NCBI GenBank assembly: GCA_963664225.1
Contig: OY760937.1
Span: 4,096,001-4,160,000, forward strand
Direction: 5' to 3'
Length of the DNA stretch: 64,000 nucleotides
Origin: Verrucomicrobiia bacterium
Lineage (GTDB): Bacteria; Verrucomicrobiota; Verrucomicrobiia; Limisphaerales; UBA1319
This document shows positions 46,971 through 57,304 of the stretch, piece after piece. The notes below the pieces were generated by a model. It ran no database searches, was not told the origin of the DNA, and worked only from the letters and a program-made list of their open reading frames with translations. A program made the position numbers and the translations under genes. Each line of letters begins with the position of its first letter. Position 1 is the first letter of the stretch.

Positions 46971-47877
46971 AATTCTAAGAATCCTGGCGGCGGAACATCT
47001 CCCGCTGGCCGGTGCGTATCGGCTCGATGAACCGATGGCGCGGCATACGACGATGCGCGTGGGGGGGGCGGCGGACGCTTACTTTGAGCCTGCGGGCGAG
47101 GAGGCGCTGGCGGCGATGCTGCGTAATTGCGCGAAACGGGGCGTGCCGGTTTTTGTGATGGGGCGGGGATCCAATCTGCTCGTCAGGGATGGGGGGATTC
47201 GGGGTCTGGTGGTGTGTCTGGCGGCAGAGGTGTTTGGCAAGATCGAGGTTGAAGAAGAGCGGTTGCGCTGCGGGGCCGGTGCGAGGTTAAAGGCCATTGT
47301 CATGGAAGGGCGGCGCGCGGGACTGGGGGGGATTGAATTCATGGAGGGAATTCCCGGGAGTCTGGGAGGGGCATTGAGAATGAACGCGGGGGCCATGGGC
47401 GCGAGTGTCTTTGGCGCGGTGGAGCGGGTGCGGTTCATGGATCTGGCGGGCGAAGTGGCTGAGCGGACCGCGTCGGAGATACCGGTCGAATATCGCCGTT
47501 GCCCCCTGTTTGAAAAGAATATCGCGCTGGAGGCGAGTCTGCGGGTGCGGCGGATGACGCAAGAGGCGATTGACGAAATCCTGGGTGAATATAACAGGCG
47601 TCGTTGGCAGAGCCAGCCGGCCGCACCCAGCGCCGGATGCATTTTCAAGAACCCAACGGGCCAGGCGGCGGGTCGATTGATCGATGAGGCGGGGCTGAAG
47701 GGAACGCGGGTCGGTGGCGCGGTGGTTTCGGACAAGCATGGCAATTTTATCGTAAACGAAGGTTCTGCGACGGCGAAGGACGTGCTGGCGTTGATTGGGA
47801 AGATTCAAGAGCGCGTGAAGGCGGATCGTGGAATCGCGTTGGAAACAGAAGTGCAAGTGGTGGGCGAGGAGGTTTGA
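46954..47877 (+). CDS. murB: UDP-N-acetylenolpyruvoylglucosamine reductase
   Basis: HTTMRVGG, GRGSNLL, MNAGA, SAGCIFKNP, KHGNF. Confidence 0.96.
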   Translation: MESVREILRILAAEHLPLAGAYRLDEPMARHTTMRVGGAADAYFEPAGEEALAAMLRNCAKRGVPVFVMGRGSNLLVRDGGIRGLVVCLAAEVFGKIEVEEERLRCGAGARLKAIVMEGRRAGLGGIEFMEGIPGSLGGALRMNAGAMGASVFGAVERVRFMDLAGEVAERTASEIPVEYRRCPLFEKNIALEASLRVRRMTQEAIDEILGEYNRRRWQSQPAAPSAGCIFKNPTGQAAGRLIDEAGLKGTRVGGAVVSDKHGNFIVNEGSATAKDVLALIGKIQERVKADRGIALETEVQVVGEEV

Positions 47878-47885
47878 AAGAATTT

Positions 47886-48794
47886 ATGGGAAGGGTCAGG
47901 AATATTGTGGTGATGCTGGGCGGGACCTCCGCCGAACGGGAAGTGTCCTTGAGGAGCGGGGCGGCGGTGGCGGGAGCGTTGCGCGGGTTGGGCCACACGG
48001 TAACGGAGCTGGATCCGCAGGATAACGAGTGGACGTTGCCGAAGGGGACGGAGGTGGTGTTTCTGGCTTTGCACGGGACGTATGGCGAGGATGGCACGGT
48101 GCAGCGGCGGCTGGAAACGCTGGGGGCGCGTTACACGGGTTGCGGGCCTGAGGCGAGCCGCATCGCCTTCGATAAAGTGCTGACGAAGGAGCGGTGTGTC
48201 GCCTCCCACATTCCGACGGCCCGTTACGTGGTGATCGATGGGGCGTCCGCGCCCTGGCCTGCGGGGTGGGAGCCGCCGGTGGTTCTGAAGCCGGTTTGCC
48301 AGGGATCGAGTGTGGGACTGGAATTTGTAAACCAAAGGGGGGAGTGGACCGGAGCGCTTGCGAATGCGTTGCGCTATGATTCCCGGGTGCTGGTGGAGGA
48401 GCGGATCGCGGGACGCGAGGTGACGGTCGGGATTCTGGCGGACCGGGCGCTGCCGCTGGTGGAAGTGCGTCCGCATAACGGGGCCTACGATTACCACAAT
48501 AAATATACGAAAGGGGCCACAGAGTATTTGTGTCCCGCACCGCTGGATGCCATGATGACGGCGCGCGCACAAGAGGCTGCCCTTGGGGCGTTCCGGGCGA
48601 TTGGCGGGCGGGATTACGCGCGGGTGGATGTGATGATCACGAGTGCGGGCGAGCCGATGGTGCTCGAGGTCAACACGCTGCCGGGAATGACCGAGACGAG
48701 CTTGTTGCCCAAGGCCGCAGCGGCCGCAGGCATGGATTACGCGGGTTTGTGCCAGCGAATGATCGACCTGGCATTAGTCAGGCCGACCAGATGA
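47886..48794 (+). CDS. ddl: D-Ala-D-Ala ligase
   Basis: GGTSAEREVS, LHGTYGEDG, EVNTLPGMT. Confidence 0.96.
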   Translation: MGRVRNIVVMLGGTSAEREVSLRSGAAVAGALRGLGHTVTELDPQDNEWTLPKGTEVVFLALHGTYGEDGTVQRRLETLGARYTGCGPEASRIAFDKVLTKERCVASHIPTARYVVIDGASAPWPAGWEPPVVLKPVCQGSSVGLEFVNQRGEWTGALANALRYDSRVLVEERIAGREVTVGILADRALPLVEVRPHNGAYDYHNKYTKGATEYLCPAPLDAMMTARAQEAALGAFRAIGGRDYARVDVMITSAGEPMVLEVNTLPGMTETSLLPKAAAAAGMDYAGLCQRMIDLALVRPTR

Positions 48795-48806
48795 TGTGAG
48801 GTGTAT

Positions 48807-49781
48807 ATGTTTTGGAAGAAAAAATCGAGAAACCGTCGCGGGCGGCGGGATGAGGTGCTCGATGTCAAAGTTTATTCGCAGAAGGCGCGCGCCGCGCGCT
48901 GGCGGATGGTGACGACGGCGCTGGGCGTTTCCCTTGGCACGTTGATCGGGCTGCTGCTGCTTTGGCGCGGCACCGAGTGGACCCTCAACGCGATGGTCTT
49001 CAAGAACGAGGCGCTGGCGGTGCAGCGGATCGAGGTCCAGACCGACGGGGTGATCGCGCCGGAACAAATCCGGCTGTGGGCGGGTGTGGCCAAGGGGGAC
49101 AATCTGGCGGGACTGGAGCTGGGGCGGATCCGGCGCAATCTGGAGCTGGCGCCGCTGATCAAGCACGCGTCGGTGGAACGGGTGATGCCCGATACTTTGA
49201 GACTGCGGGTGACCGAACGCGAGCCGATGGTTGAGGCGCATGTGCTGGCGCCCAAGGCCGACGACAGCGGTTATGACATTGTGTCCTATTACCTGGATGA
49301 CGAGGGGTATGTGATGCTGCCGCTGCAAAAGGGAATGCAAAGGCCGCTGGCGAGCGCCGCCTCGGATGCGCTTCCCATTTTGACCGGTTTGAATCGCTCG
49401 GACTTGCGTCCGGGCCGTCCGGTGGAATCGCCGCAGGTGATGGCGGCGCTGAGGTTGATCGAGGCGTTCGAGAATTCGCCCATGTTTGGCCTGGCGGACC
49501 TGGCGCGCATCGATTTGAGTTGGCCGGATGTCCTGCAGGTCACGACACAGTATGGGAGTGAGATCACGTTTTCCATGGATCGCCTGGAGACGCAATTGCT
49601 GCGGTGGCGTTCCATATACGATGTGGGTGCCCGGGCGGGCAAGGGCATTGCCAGCGTGGACCTTTCCGTTACGAACAACGTTCCGACCCTTTGGGTGGAG
49701 ACCGGCGCGGTCGCTCCAGAAAAACTCAAAGCAGTAAAAACCATCCGCCACAAGAAGAAAAATGTTCAGCTCCAGCAATAA
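48807..49781 (+). CDS. ftsQ: Cell division protein FtsQ
   Basis: Transmembrane helix plus POTRA-like region (PDTLRLRVTEREP); position between ddl and ftsA. Confidence 0.85.
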   Translation: MFWKKKSRNRRGRRDEVLDVKVYSQKARAARWRMVTTALGVSLGTLIGLLLLWRGTEWTLNAMVFKNEALAVQRIEVQTDGVIAPEQIRLWAGVAKGDNLAGLELGRIRRNLELAPLIKHASVERVMPDTLRLRVTEREPMVEAHVLAPKADDSGYDIVSYYLDDEGYVMLPLQKGMQRPLASAASDALPILTGLNRSDLRPGRPVESPQVMAALRLIEAFENSPMFGLADLARIDLSWPDVLQVTTQYGSEITFSMDRLETQLLRWRSIYDVGARAGKGIASVDLSVTNNVPTLWVETGAVAPEKLKAVKTIRHKKKNVQLQQ

Positions 49782-50988
49782 CAACATCGTCGTCGGTCTG
49801 GAAGTGGGCACCGCCAAGATTTGCGCGGTGGCCGGCGAATATAACGAAAAAGGCGCCTTGACGGTCATTGGCGTGGGCCAGAGCGAATCCCGCGGCGTGC
49901 GCAAGGGGGAGGTCGTGGATACGGTGCTGGCGGAGGAGGACATTCGCGCGGCCATTGCCGAGGCCGAACGGAACGCCGACATTGAAATTCACAATGTGTT
50001 TCTGGGGGTCACCGGCAAACATGTGCGCGGATTCGGGAATCGCGGCGTGCATACCATCGTCAGCGCGGATCGGGAGATCACCGACGAGGATGTGCAGGAT
50101 GTAGTTGACAACGCCAAGGCGATCAACCTGCCCATGGGCCATCACGTTCTCCACGCGGTGCGGCAGCATTTTCTGCTGGATGGTCAGGATGGAATATTGA
50201 ACCCAGTGGGGATGTTGGGCACGCGGCTGGAGGTGGAGATGCATGTGATTCACGGGGTCACCAACCGGATTCAAAACGTGTTTCGCGTCGTCAAGGGTCT
50301 CCAGATCGAGGTGGAGAACATGGTTTTCAACGGGCTGGCCAGTTCCCTGGCGCTGCTTTCCCCGGAGGAAAAGGAGATGGGGACGGTGGTGATCGATTTG
50401 GGGGCGGGCACGACCGAATACGTGATGTCCGCCAACGGGATCATCAAGCATTCCGGGGTGCTGGGGGTGGGCGGGGATCATGTGACGAACGACCTGGCCA
50501 TCGGATTGAGAGTGCCGATCGTGCGGGCGGAGCAGTTGAAGATCAGTCACGGGCACGCGCTGCCGGACGAGAGTCTGCGGGGACAGACCTTTACGCCGAC
50601 CAGCGAGTCCGGCCTGCCGGAGCGGCCGGTCAAACTGGAGCATTTGCGGCGGATCATGGCCGCGCGGCTGGAGGAAACACTGGAGATCATCGAGGCGGAT
50701 TTATCCCGGGCGGGCCTGCTGGATTATGTGCGTTCGGGCGTGGTTCTGTGCGGCGGCGGGGCGCGCATTGCCGGCATTCAGCAACTGGCGGAGCGGATCT
50801 TCCAATTGCCGACCCGGATTGGAACCATACAAAACGTGGGCGGAATGAAATCTCTGCTGGAGCAGCCGGAATTTGCCACCTGCATCGGTCTGGTGCGTTT
50901 CGGGGCGATGCAGATGCAGCAAAAGGGGGCCGGACGCCCGCGCACGTGGGGATTTCGCCAGGCATTATCGGGTTTGCTGCGGCGCTAA
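49762..50988 (+). CDS. ftsA: Cell division protein FtsA
   Basis: GLEVGTAKI, IDLGAGTT, GGDHVTNDL, C-terminal amphipathic tail. Confidence 0.95.
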   Translation: MFSSSNNNIVVGLEVGTAKICAVAGEYNEKGALTVIGVGQSESRGVRKGEVVDTVLAEEDIRAAIAEAERNADIEIHNVFLGVTGKHVRGFGNRGVHTIVSADREITDEDVQDVVDNAKAINLPMGHHVLHAVRQHFLLDGQDGILNPVGMLGTRLEVEMHVIHGVTNRIQNVFRVVKGLQIEVENMVFNGLASSLALLSPEEKEMGTVVIDLGAGTTEYVMSANGIIKHSGVLGVGGDHVTNDLAIGLRVPIVRAEQLKISHGHALPDESLRGQTFTPTSESGLPERPVKLEHLRRIMAARLEETLEIIEADLSRAGLLDYVRSGVVLCGGGARIAGIQQLAERIFQLPTRIGTIQNVGGMKSLLEQPEFATCIGLVRFGAMQMQQKGAGRPRTWGFRQALSGLLRR

Positions 50989-51016
50989 TGTTGAATAATA
51001 AAGCGAGTTGATTTTT

Positions 51017-52357
51017 ATGAATACCGATTACCAGGATCAAAAAGCCGAGGGCGGGTTGAAACCGACCCTGGATATCCGATTTTTCGGGGTGGGGCGGGCG
51101 GGATGCCGGATCGTGGAGCAGATTGGCGGGTTGGGGATTGCCCCGGGCTCATTTTATGTGGCTGACACGAACAGTCATGATCTGGCCGGGTATCGCAACG
51201 CCCGGCGGGTGTTGATCGGCGGGAAGATCATGCGCGGCCTGGGGGCGGGCGGCGACATGGAACTGGCCACAGCCGCCGCAGAAGCCGATGGCCCGGAATT
51301 ATCGGGCTTATTTACCGGAGCGGACATTGTGATATTGGTGGCGGGGCTGGGCGGCGGCACGGGGGGGGGCGCGGGACCGGTTCTGGCGCGGATGGCCAGG
51401 CAGACCGGCGCGTTGGTACTGGCGTTTGCGGTCATGCCCTTCGACTGCGAAGGCAAGAAACGTCAGCGTCAGGCGATGCAGGCCATGCGCCAATTGAAGG
51501 CCAGCGTGGATGGCACCATTGGCCTGCCCAATCAGCATTTGCTCAAGCTGACGCCTGAGGGAACGCCTTTGCAGGAGGTGCTCCAGACCGGCAACACCTG
51601 GATTCAAGAGGGAATCTGCGGGGTGTGGCGCATGCTGGCGCGGCCGGGATTGATCACGGTGGATTTTGCGGAGTTGAAGAATTGCCTGCGGGGACGGCAC
51701 TCGGAGGGGGCGCTGGCCTCGAGCAAGGCCGCCGGCGCGGATCGCGCGAAAACGGCGGCGGATATTCTGCTGGCCAGCCCGCTGCTGGGGGATGCGGAGA
51801 CTTTGCGCAAGGCGGACACGGTGCTTGTGAATATTGCGGGCAATACGCGCCTGGGTTTGCCCGAGGTGGACCAGGTGATCACCCGCGTCCGGCAGTGCTG
51901 TGATAATGCGAACGTGATTTTGGGGGCCACTTGCGACGACCAGCTCGGTGAGAATCTGGAGGTGACGTTGATTGCGACGACCCGCCAGACCGAGCCGGAT
52001 GCGGCATCCCAGTCGGAGGAGCGGGTGAATCCCCGTTTTGGAGCGTCCCGTTCCAACGAGGGGCAAGGACTGATGGGGCTGGAAATCAATCCGCTGGATG
52101 GAGTGTCGGCGGAGCGCCCGCGTCCCGGATTGGTGGCTCCGGCGCCTGATCTGAATGCGGAGCAGACCGGGAAATTGCTCAAGCAGCAGGCCCAGGAGGA
52201 CAGCCGGATTCGGAAGAACCTGCCGCAACTGCTGCAGGGTCAGTTGCCGCTGCAAATTGTTTCGAAGGGACGGTTCGAGAAAAGCGAGCCCACGGTGCAT
52301 CGCGGTGAAGATCTGGACAAGCCGACGTATATGCGGCGGAGCATCCTGCTGAATTAA
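51017..52357 (+). CDS. ftsZ: Divergent FtsZ
   Basis: GLGAGGD, AGLGGGTGGG signature, VDFAE T7 loop, LDKPTYMRR tail. Confidence 0.9.
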   Translation: MNTDYQDQKAEGGLKPTLDIRFFGVGRAGCRIVEQIGGLGIAPGSFYVADTNSHDLAGYRNARRVLIGGKIMRGLGAGGDMELATAAAEADGPELSGLFTGADIVILVAGLGGGTGGGAGPVLARMARQTGALVLAFAVMPFDCEGKKRQRQAMQAMRQLKASVDGTIGLPNQHLLKLTPEGTPLQEVLQTGNTWIQEGICGVWRMLARPGLITVDFAELKNCLRGRHSEGALASSKAAGADRAKTAADILLASPLLGDAETLRKADTVLVNIAGNTRLGLPEVDQVITRVRQCCDNANVILGATCDDQLGENLEVTLIATTRQTEPDAASQSEERVNPRFGASRSNEGQGLMGLEINPLDGVSAERPRPGLVAPAPDLNAEQTGKLLKQQAQEDSRIRKNLPQLLQGQLPLQIVSKGRFEKSEPTVHRGEDLDKPTYMRRSILLN

Positions 52358-52394
52358 TTTAAGATTGGTCGGGTTGGTTTGGTTTGTTTGGGTT

Positions 52395-52434
52395 GGGCCG
52401 GGTGTTCGCGTGTGCGGACATGCCGGCCCTTTTT
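52395..52434 (+). terminator. Terminator of the dcw cluster
   Basis: GGGCCGG...CCGGCCC followed by T-run. Confidence 0.65.
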
Positions 52435-52454
52435 ATTTCTCGAAATGAACGGGC

Positions 52455-53360
52455 TTAATCCGTGCCCCAGCGTTTGAGAATGGGCTGGTAGGCGTCAATG
52501 CGCCGGTCCCGCAGGAAAGGCCAGTGGGTGCGGGTGACATCGACCTTGTTGAGATCCACGGTGGCGAGGAGGATTTCTTCGCGATCGGAGGAGGCTTTGG
52601 TCAATATTTCGCCGGAGGGACCTGCGATAAAGCTGCTTCCCCAAAACTCGAGACCGTCTCCGCCAACGGGTTTTTCATGACCGATGCGATTGATGGCGGC
52701 GACAAAACAGCCATTGGCGATGGCATGGGAGCGTTGAATGGTTTCCCAGGAGGCCTGCTGGGCGGCCCCGTAATGTGCTTTTTCGGAGGGATGCCAGCCG
52801 ATGGCGGTGGGGTAGAAAAGGATTTGGGCGCCCTGGAGCGCGGTCAACCGGGCCGCCTCGGGATACCATTGGTCCCAGCAGATCAGCACGCCAAGGGTGC
52901 CAAAGCGGGTTTTCCACGCGCGAAAACCGAGGTCGCCGGGTGTAAAATAAAACTTTTCGTAAAACAGCGGGTCCTCCGGGATGTGCATTTTGCGGTAAAT
53001 GCCCAGCAGGGCGCCATCGGCATCGATAATGGCTGCAGTATTGTGATAGAGGCCGGCGGCGCGTTTTTCGAAAAGGGAGGCAATGACGACGACGCCGTGC
53101 TTTTTGGCGAGGGTCTGGAAGGCGCGGGTGCTGGGGCCGGGGATGGTTTCGGCGAGTTTAAAATTGGCGTGATCCTCAGATTGACAGAAGTATTGGGAGC
53201 GAAAAAGCTCCTGGGTGCAGATGATCTGAGCTCCCTGGCGGGCCGCATTGGTGGCCATATCGAGCGTATGGCGCAGGTTGGCCGCGGGATCGGCATGGCC
53301 GGCGGATTGGAGCAGGGCCAGCGTGACCTGGGAGGTGGATGTGTTCTTTTTCCGGGGCAT
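52455..53360 (-). CDS. Carbon-nitrogen hydrolase (N-carbamoylputrescine amidase-like)
   Basis: QELF, YRKMHIP, FYEKFYF, ICWDQWYPE, YPTAIGW, FLRDRR. Confidence 0.88.
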   Translation of the reverse strand: MPRKKNTSTSQVTLALLQSAGHADPAANLRHTLDMATNAARQGAQIICTQELFRSQYFCQSEDHANFKLAETIPGPSTRAFQTLAKKHGVVVIASLFEKRAAGLYHNTAAIIDADGALLGIYRKMHIPEDPLFYEKFYFTPGDLGFRAWKTRFGTLGVLICWDQWYPEAARLTALQGAQILFYPTAIGWHPSEKAHYGAAQQASWETIQRSHAIANGCFVAAINRIGHEKPVGGDGLEFWGSSFIAGPSGEILTKASSDREEILLATVDLNKVDVTRTHWPFLRDRRIDAYQPILKRWGTD

Positions 53361-53652
53361 AATCAAAGTGATAAAACAGGCCGGTTCAAACCCTGCTGGA
53401 GACGCCCGAATGAGGCGCGCGCGCGCGAAATGCAGCCACCCGGGCGGCAGGAGCGCGAACGGCAACAAGGTGAAATACGAACTATCACAAGCGCATGGTG
53501 TGCTAAAAAACGCGACTGTCAAGGGGCTGAAAAGGCAAAAACCGCATTTTTATTGGGAAAACGCCATTTTTTTACTTGCAACGATTCTTTAAGGCGCTTT
53601 AATGCGTAATAAGTCGTTAAGACTGTGACTGAATTCCAATATTATTAAGATT

Positions 53653-53940
53653 ATGGCTAAACCACTTACCAAATCACAGATCGCGGCGGCCATCGCCGAA
53701 AAGACAGGCGTGACCAAGAAGAACGCGGTTGAGATCCTCGATTATCTGGCCGAGTTGGCCTACAAAAATGCCAAGAATACCTTCACCCTTCCGGGCTTGG
53801 GTAAACTGGTGCTTGTGAACCGCAAGGCTCGCATCGGCCGTAATCCGGCCACTGGCGAATCGATCAAGATCGCCGCCAAGAAGGTTGTGAAGTTCCGCGT
53901 GGCCAAAGCCGCGAAAGATGCGATTTTGGGCACCAAGTAA
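53653..53940 (+). CDS. hup: HU family DNA-binding protein
   Basis: RKARIGRNPATGE..KFR. Confidence 0.93.
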   Translation: MAKPLTKSQIAAAIAEKTGVTKKNAVEILDYLAELAYKNAKNTFTLPGLGKLVLVNRKARIGRNPATGESIKIAAKKVVKFRVAKAAKDAILGTK

Positions 53941-53956
53941 TCGCTTTTTATCAAAT

Positions 53957-53989
53957 AAGGCGCTCTGCGAATAACAGAGCGCCTTTTTT
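53957..53989 (+). terminator. Intrinsic terminator after HU gene
   Basis: AAGGCGCTCTG / CAGAGCGCCTT followed by T-run. Confidence 0.85.
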
Positions 53990-54138
53990 GTGTACCCCCA
54001 CGTACATGGTTTGGAGGCTCAGGTATCAAGCTGTTGGGACAAGAACCGATGCGCATGGAGTGACGACTTCCGGGCCGGTCAATGCATGGGGTCGTGTATT
54101 CATTGGAAATTTGGCAAACCGGAGGCACACTGCAAGGG

Positions 54139-55941
54139 ATGCCGGTTAACGACGACATACAGATCGAAGAACAGTTTGAGCAAAAGCCGCTGAGCAAGGC
54201 CACATTCTCGCGGCTGTCGTTTTATTTGAGGCCTTACCGGCGGGCGTTCGTGTGGAATCTGATTTTGACGCTTCTGGCCACGCTGTGCCAACTGGCCGGG
54301 CCGAAGCTGGTGCAGGTGGGCATCGACCGGTATTTGACGCATATCGTGAGCGATGCGGTGGCGTATCAGGGGGTGTTGTTGGTGGGGGTGATTTACCTGA
54401 TCAATCTGCTGATTGGCTGGGGAATCTCGGTGGCCCAGGTCAAGCAGGCCATTGCGATCGGACAGGGGGCGATGAACGACCTGCGGGAGGAGGTCTTCAA
54501 ACACATCCAGAGACTGTCGATGAACTATTTCGACAAGACCCACCAGGGCCGGATCATCAACCGGGCGGATACGGACATCGATTCGCTGGATCGGGTGTTG
54601 ACCTGGGGCGCGAACCAAATGGTTTCGAGCGGCTTGACGTTGATTGGGGTGGTGGCGCTGATGCTCCAATACGATTGGCGGCTGTGTCTGGCGGTCAGCG
54701 CCGTGCTGCCGCCGCTGGCAGTGGCCACGCGGCTTTTCCATATCCACGGCATGCGGGCCTATCGCAAGGTTCGCGAGCAATCCGCGCGGCTATCCTCGGC
54801 CATGGCGGAAAACATCGCCGGGGTGCGCGTGGTTCAGGCCTTCAGCCGCGAGGAGGAAAATCTGAATCGCTTCCAGCAAATCCACGCGACGCACAACGAA
54901 TACGCGCTGGCGGCCGCCCGGGTGTTTCACACCTACATGCCGTTCCTGGGCTTCATGTCGGGCGTAGGCTCTGCGATCATTCTGGGCTACGGCGGAAGCC
55001 TGGTTCTCAAGGGGGAGATCACCATGGGCGAACTGACGGCCTTTCTCCTCTACCTGGGCATGTTTTTCGGTCCGATCCAGACGATGGGGGATTTGTATAA
55101 TGCGCTGCTTTCGACGGCGGCCAGCGCGGAACGGATTTTTCAACTGCTGGACACGCAGCCATCGGTACAGAACCGGGATCAGGCGGCGCCGTTGGGAGTC
55201 ATTCGCGGTCATGTGGTTTTCGAGCATGTGTTTTTTCATTACGACACCACGCCGCCGAACACCTGGGTGCTCGACGATATTTGTTTCGAGGCGCGCCCCG
55301 GGGAAACCGTGGCGCTGGTCGGACGAACGGGTTCGGGAAAGACCAGCGTGATCAGTTTGCTGGCCCGGTTTTACGAGCCGCAGAAGGGCCGGATTCTGGT
55401 GGATGGCGTCGATCTGGCCACCACCACGGTGGAATCCCTGCGGGCGCAAATTGGGATTGTGACGCAGGAAAATTTTCTTTTTACCGGCACCGTGATGGAC
55501 AACCTGAAATTTGCGCGACCCGAGGCCACGGACTCAGAGGTCAAGGAGGCGGCGCGCGAATTGGGTGTGGACGCGATCATTGCAAAGCTCGACAAGGGCT
55601 ACGAAACGCCGGTATCGGAACGCGGCGGGAATTTCAGCGCCGGAGAGCGGCAATTGCTGTGTTTCGCGCGCGCGATGGTGGCGCACCCGCGGATTCTCAT
55701 TCTGGACGAAGCCACCAGCGCGGTGGATCCGAACACCGAGGCGCTGATTCAGGCGGCGCTTCTGAAGCTGGTTTCCCGGCAAACGTGTTTTGTGATCGCG
55801 CACCGGCTGTCCACCGTGCGCAAGGCCAGCCGTATACTCGTTCTGGAGGGCGGGCGCATCATCGAACAGGGGACCCACGAAACGCTCATGGCCGGAAATG
55901 GCCGCTACCGCGATTTGTACACTGAGTTCACGCGACAATAA
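54139..55941 (+). CDS. ABC exporter, fused permease and ATPase (MdlB-like)
   Basis: Membrane domain; GRTGSGKT, FSAGERQ, LILDEAT, IAHRLST. Confidence 0.92.
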   Translation: MPVNDDIQIEEQFEQKPLSKATFSRLSFYLRPYRRAFVWNLILTLLATLCQLAGPKLVQVGIDRYLTHIVSDAVAYQGVLLVGVIYLINLLIGWGISVAQVKQAIAIGQGAMNDLREEVFKHIQRLSMNYFDKTHQGRIINRADTDIDSLDRVLTWGANQMVSSGLTLIGVVALMLQYDWRLCLAVSAVLPPLAVATRLFHIHGMRAYRKVREQSARLSSAMAENIAGVRVVQAFSREEENLNRFQQIHATHNEYALAAARVFHTYMPFLGFMSGVGSAIILGYGGSLVLKGEITMGELTAFLLYLGMFFGPIQTMGDLYNALLSTAASAERIFQLLDTQPSVQNRDQAAPLGVIRGHVVFEHVFFHYDTTPPNTWVLDDICFEARPGETVALVGRTGSGKTSVISLLARFYEPQKGRILVDGVDLATTTVESLRAQIGIVTQENFLFTGTVMDNLKFARPEATDSEVKEAARELGVDAIIAKLDKGYETPVSERGGNFSAGERQLLCFARAMVAHPRILILDEATSAVDPNTEALIQAALLKLVSRQTCFVIAHRLSTVRKASRILVLEGGRIIEQGTHETLMAGNGRYRDLYTEFTRQ

Positions 55942-55969
55942 AAAGGGCGCCGGAAACCACTCCGGCGCC
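55940..55969. terminator. Terminator between convergent ABC and Hsp20 genes
   Basis: A-run then GGCGCCGGA / TCCGGCGCC. Confidence 0.7.
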
Positions 55970-56012
55970 GTAGTTACAACCCATTTCCAATCAACCCAAT
56001 CAGACCAAATGT

Positions 56013-56492
56013 TTAGCCGATCTTGATATCGACGGTTTTAGGTTTGGCTTTTTCGCTCTTGGCCACATGGACCTTGAGCATGCCATCCTTGAATTCGGCG
56101 CTGACCTTCGATTCGTCGGCATCCTCGGGCATGACGAAACTGCGGAGAAAACTTCCATAGGCCCGCTCGATGCGATGATAGCGTTTGCCTTTGTCCTCTT
56201 TCTCGAATTTGCGCTCGCCGCGCAGCATCAAGACGCCGTTCTCGAGGGTCACCGCCACATCCTCTTTCTGGACATCGGGCAACTCCGCCTTAATGGTGTA
56301 TTCCTTGTCGTCCTCGGCAATATCCACCAGTGGCGCCCACTCGGCCGCGCTGGCGTTCACGGCACCCTTTTCACCGGTCACCGGCATTCGTTCTACCGAG
56401 GGATTAAAAAGGGAGGCGAGACGGTTTTGCAGCAATTCCATTTCCTTGAAAGGATTCCACTTTCCAGTTTCGTTCTGTGTTAATGCGTTCAT
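56013..56492 (-). CDS. Hsp20/alpha-crystallin small heat shock protein
   Basis: WAPLVDI, AELP, ERAYGSFLRSF, AEFKDGML. Confidence 0.93.
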   Translation of the reverse strand: MNALTQNETGKWNPFKEMELLQNRLASLFNPSVERMPVTGEKGAVNASAAEWAPLVDIAEDDKEYTIKAELPDVQKEDVAVTLENGVLMLRGERKFEKEDKGKRYHRIERAYGSFLRSFVMPEDADESKVSAEFKDGMLKVHVAKSEKAKPKTVDIKIG

Positions 56493-56920
56493 AGTCTCAT
56501 TTCTTTCTGTGTTGATGCGTCGTCTTCCGCAACCCACGACTGACGGGCATCACGTTTTACATCGTTTAACGCCTCAGAAAGGATCATCTTCCGTGCCAGC
56601 ACCGTGATTATTTATAAAACACTTGTAATGAATAATATACAGAAGTGGCGTTTTTAGATATGTGACATAATGACCCATGTATTACAGCATAAACATGAGA
56701 CATTAAGCGTCACATTGTCCCTACACAGTTCATTATTTTGCCGTTAACATTTGACGGCGGCCGGATTCGCTGTGAGTGTAACGGGCCTTTGGGATGCCAC
56801 GCCGGATGTTTGAGCATTTTCGGTCATGCGGAATTTTAATACGTATCATCGGTTTTGTGATTGCATTGGATGGGGGTATTGGTATTCTAATCCTTCGTAT
56901 TTGGATAAAGAGAGGACCTC

Positions 56921-57178
56921 TTGAACTCGGAACTTTGTAACAAAGCACTAAAAAAAGTCGGCAACGCCAACACCTTGATTAACCTGGTGTCCAAGCGTGT
57001 CCGCCAACTGACATCAGGCGGCGGCGGCAACTCGAGACCCTTGGTGACGGAAACCGCCAATCAAGGTTGGGCGGACATTGCCTTGCGGGAGTTGATCGAA
57101 GATAAGATTGGCTGGGAAGCCTGCGAAGCTGAGCCCACGTCGGCGGAACCTGGAACCAAGAAGCGCAAGAAGGCTTAG
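56921..57178 (+). CDS. rpoZ: RNA polymerase omega subunit-like protein
   Basis: LINLVSKRVRQL..IALRELIEDKI; TTG start after AGAGGA. Confidence 0.7.
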   Translation: MNSELCNKALKKVGNANTLINLVSKRVRQLTSGGGGNSRPLVTETANQGWADIALRELIEDKIGWEACEAEPTSAEPGTKKRKKA

Positions 57179-57304
57179 CGGCGCAGGATAGCTTTCCTGG
57201 GGGGAGTTCGCGAATTTAGGCTGGAACCACAATTCCGGCCTGTTTTTGTCAACGGTCATTAATTCCTTTTAAATCCGATAGCCAGATAACGGCGAAAACG
57301 GACC

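Noticed and set aside
45531..47877. Frameshifted murC-murB fusion
   Set aside because: Both genes are complete with a normal 17-bp overlap and no slippery site
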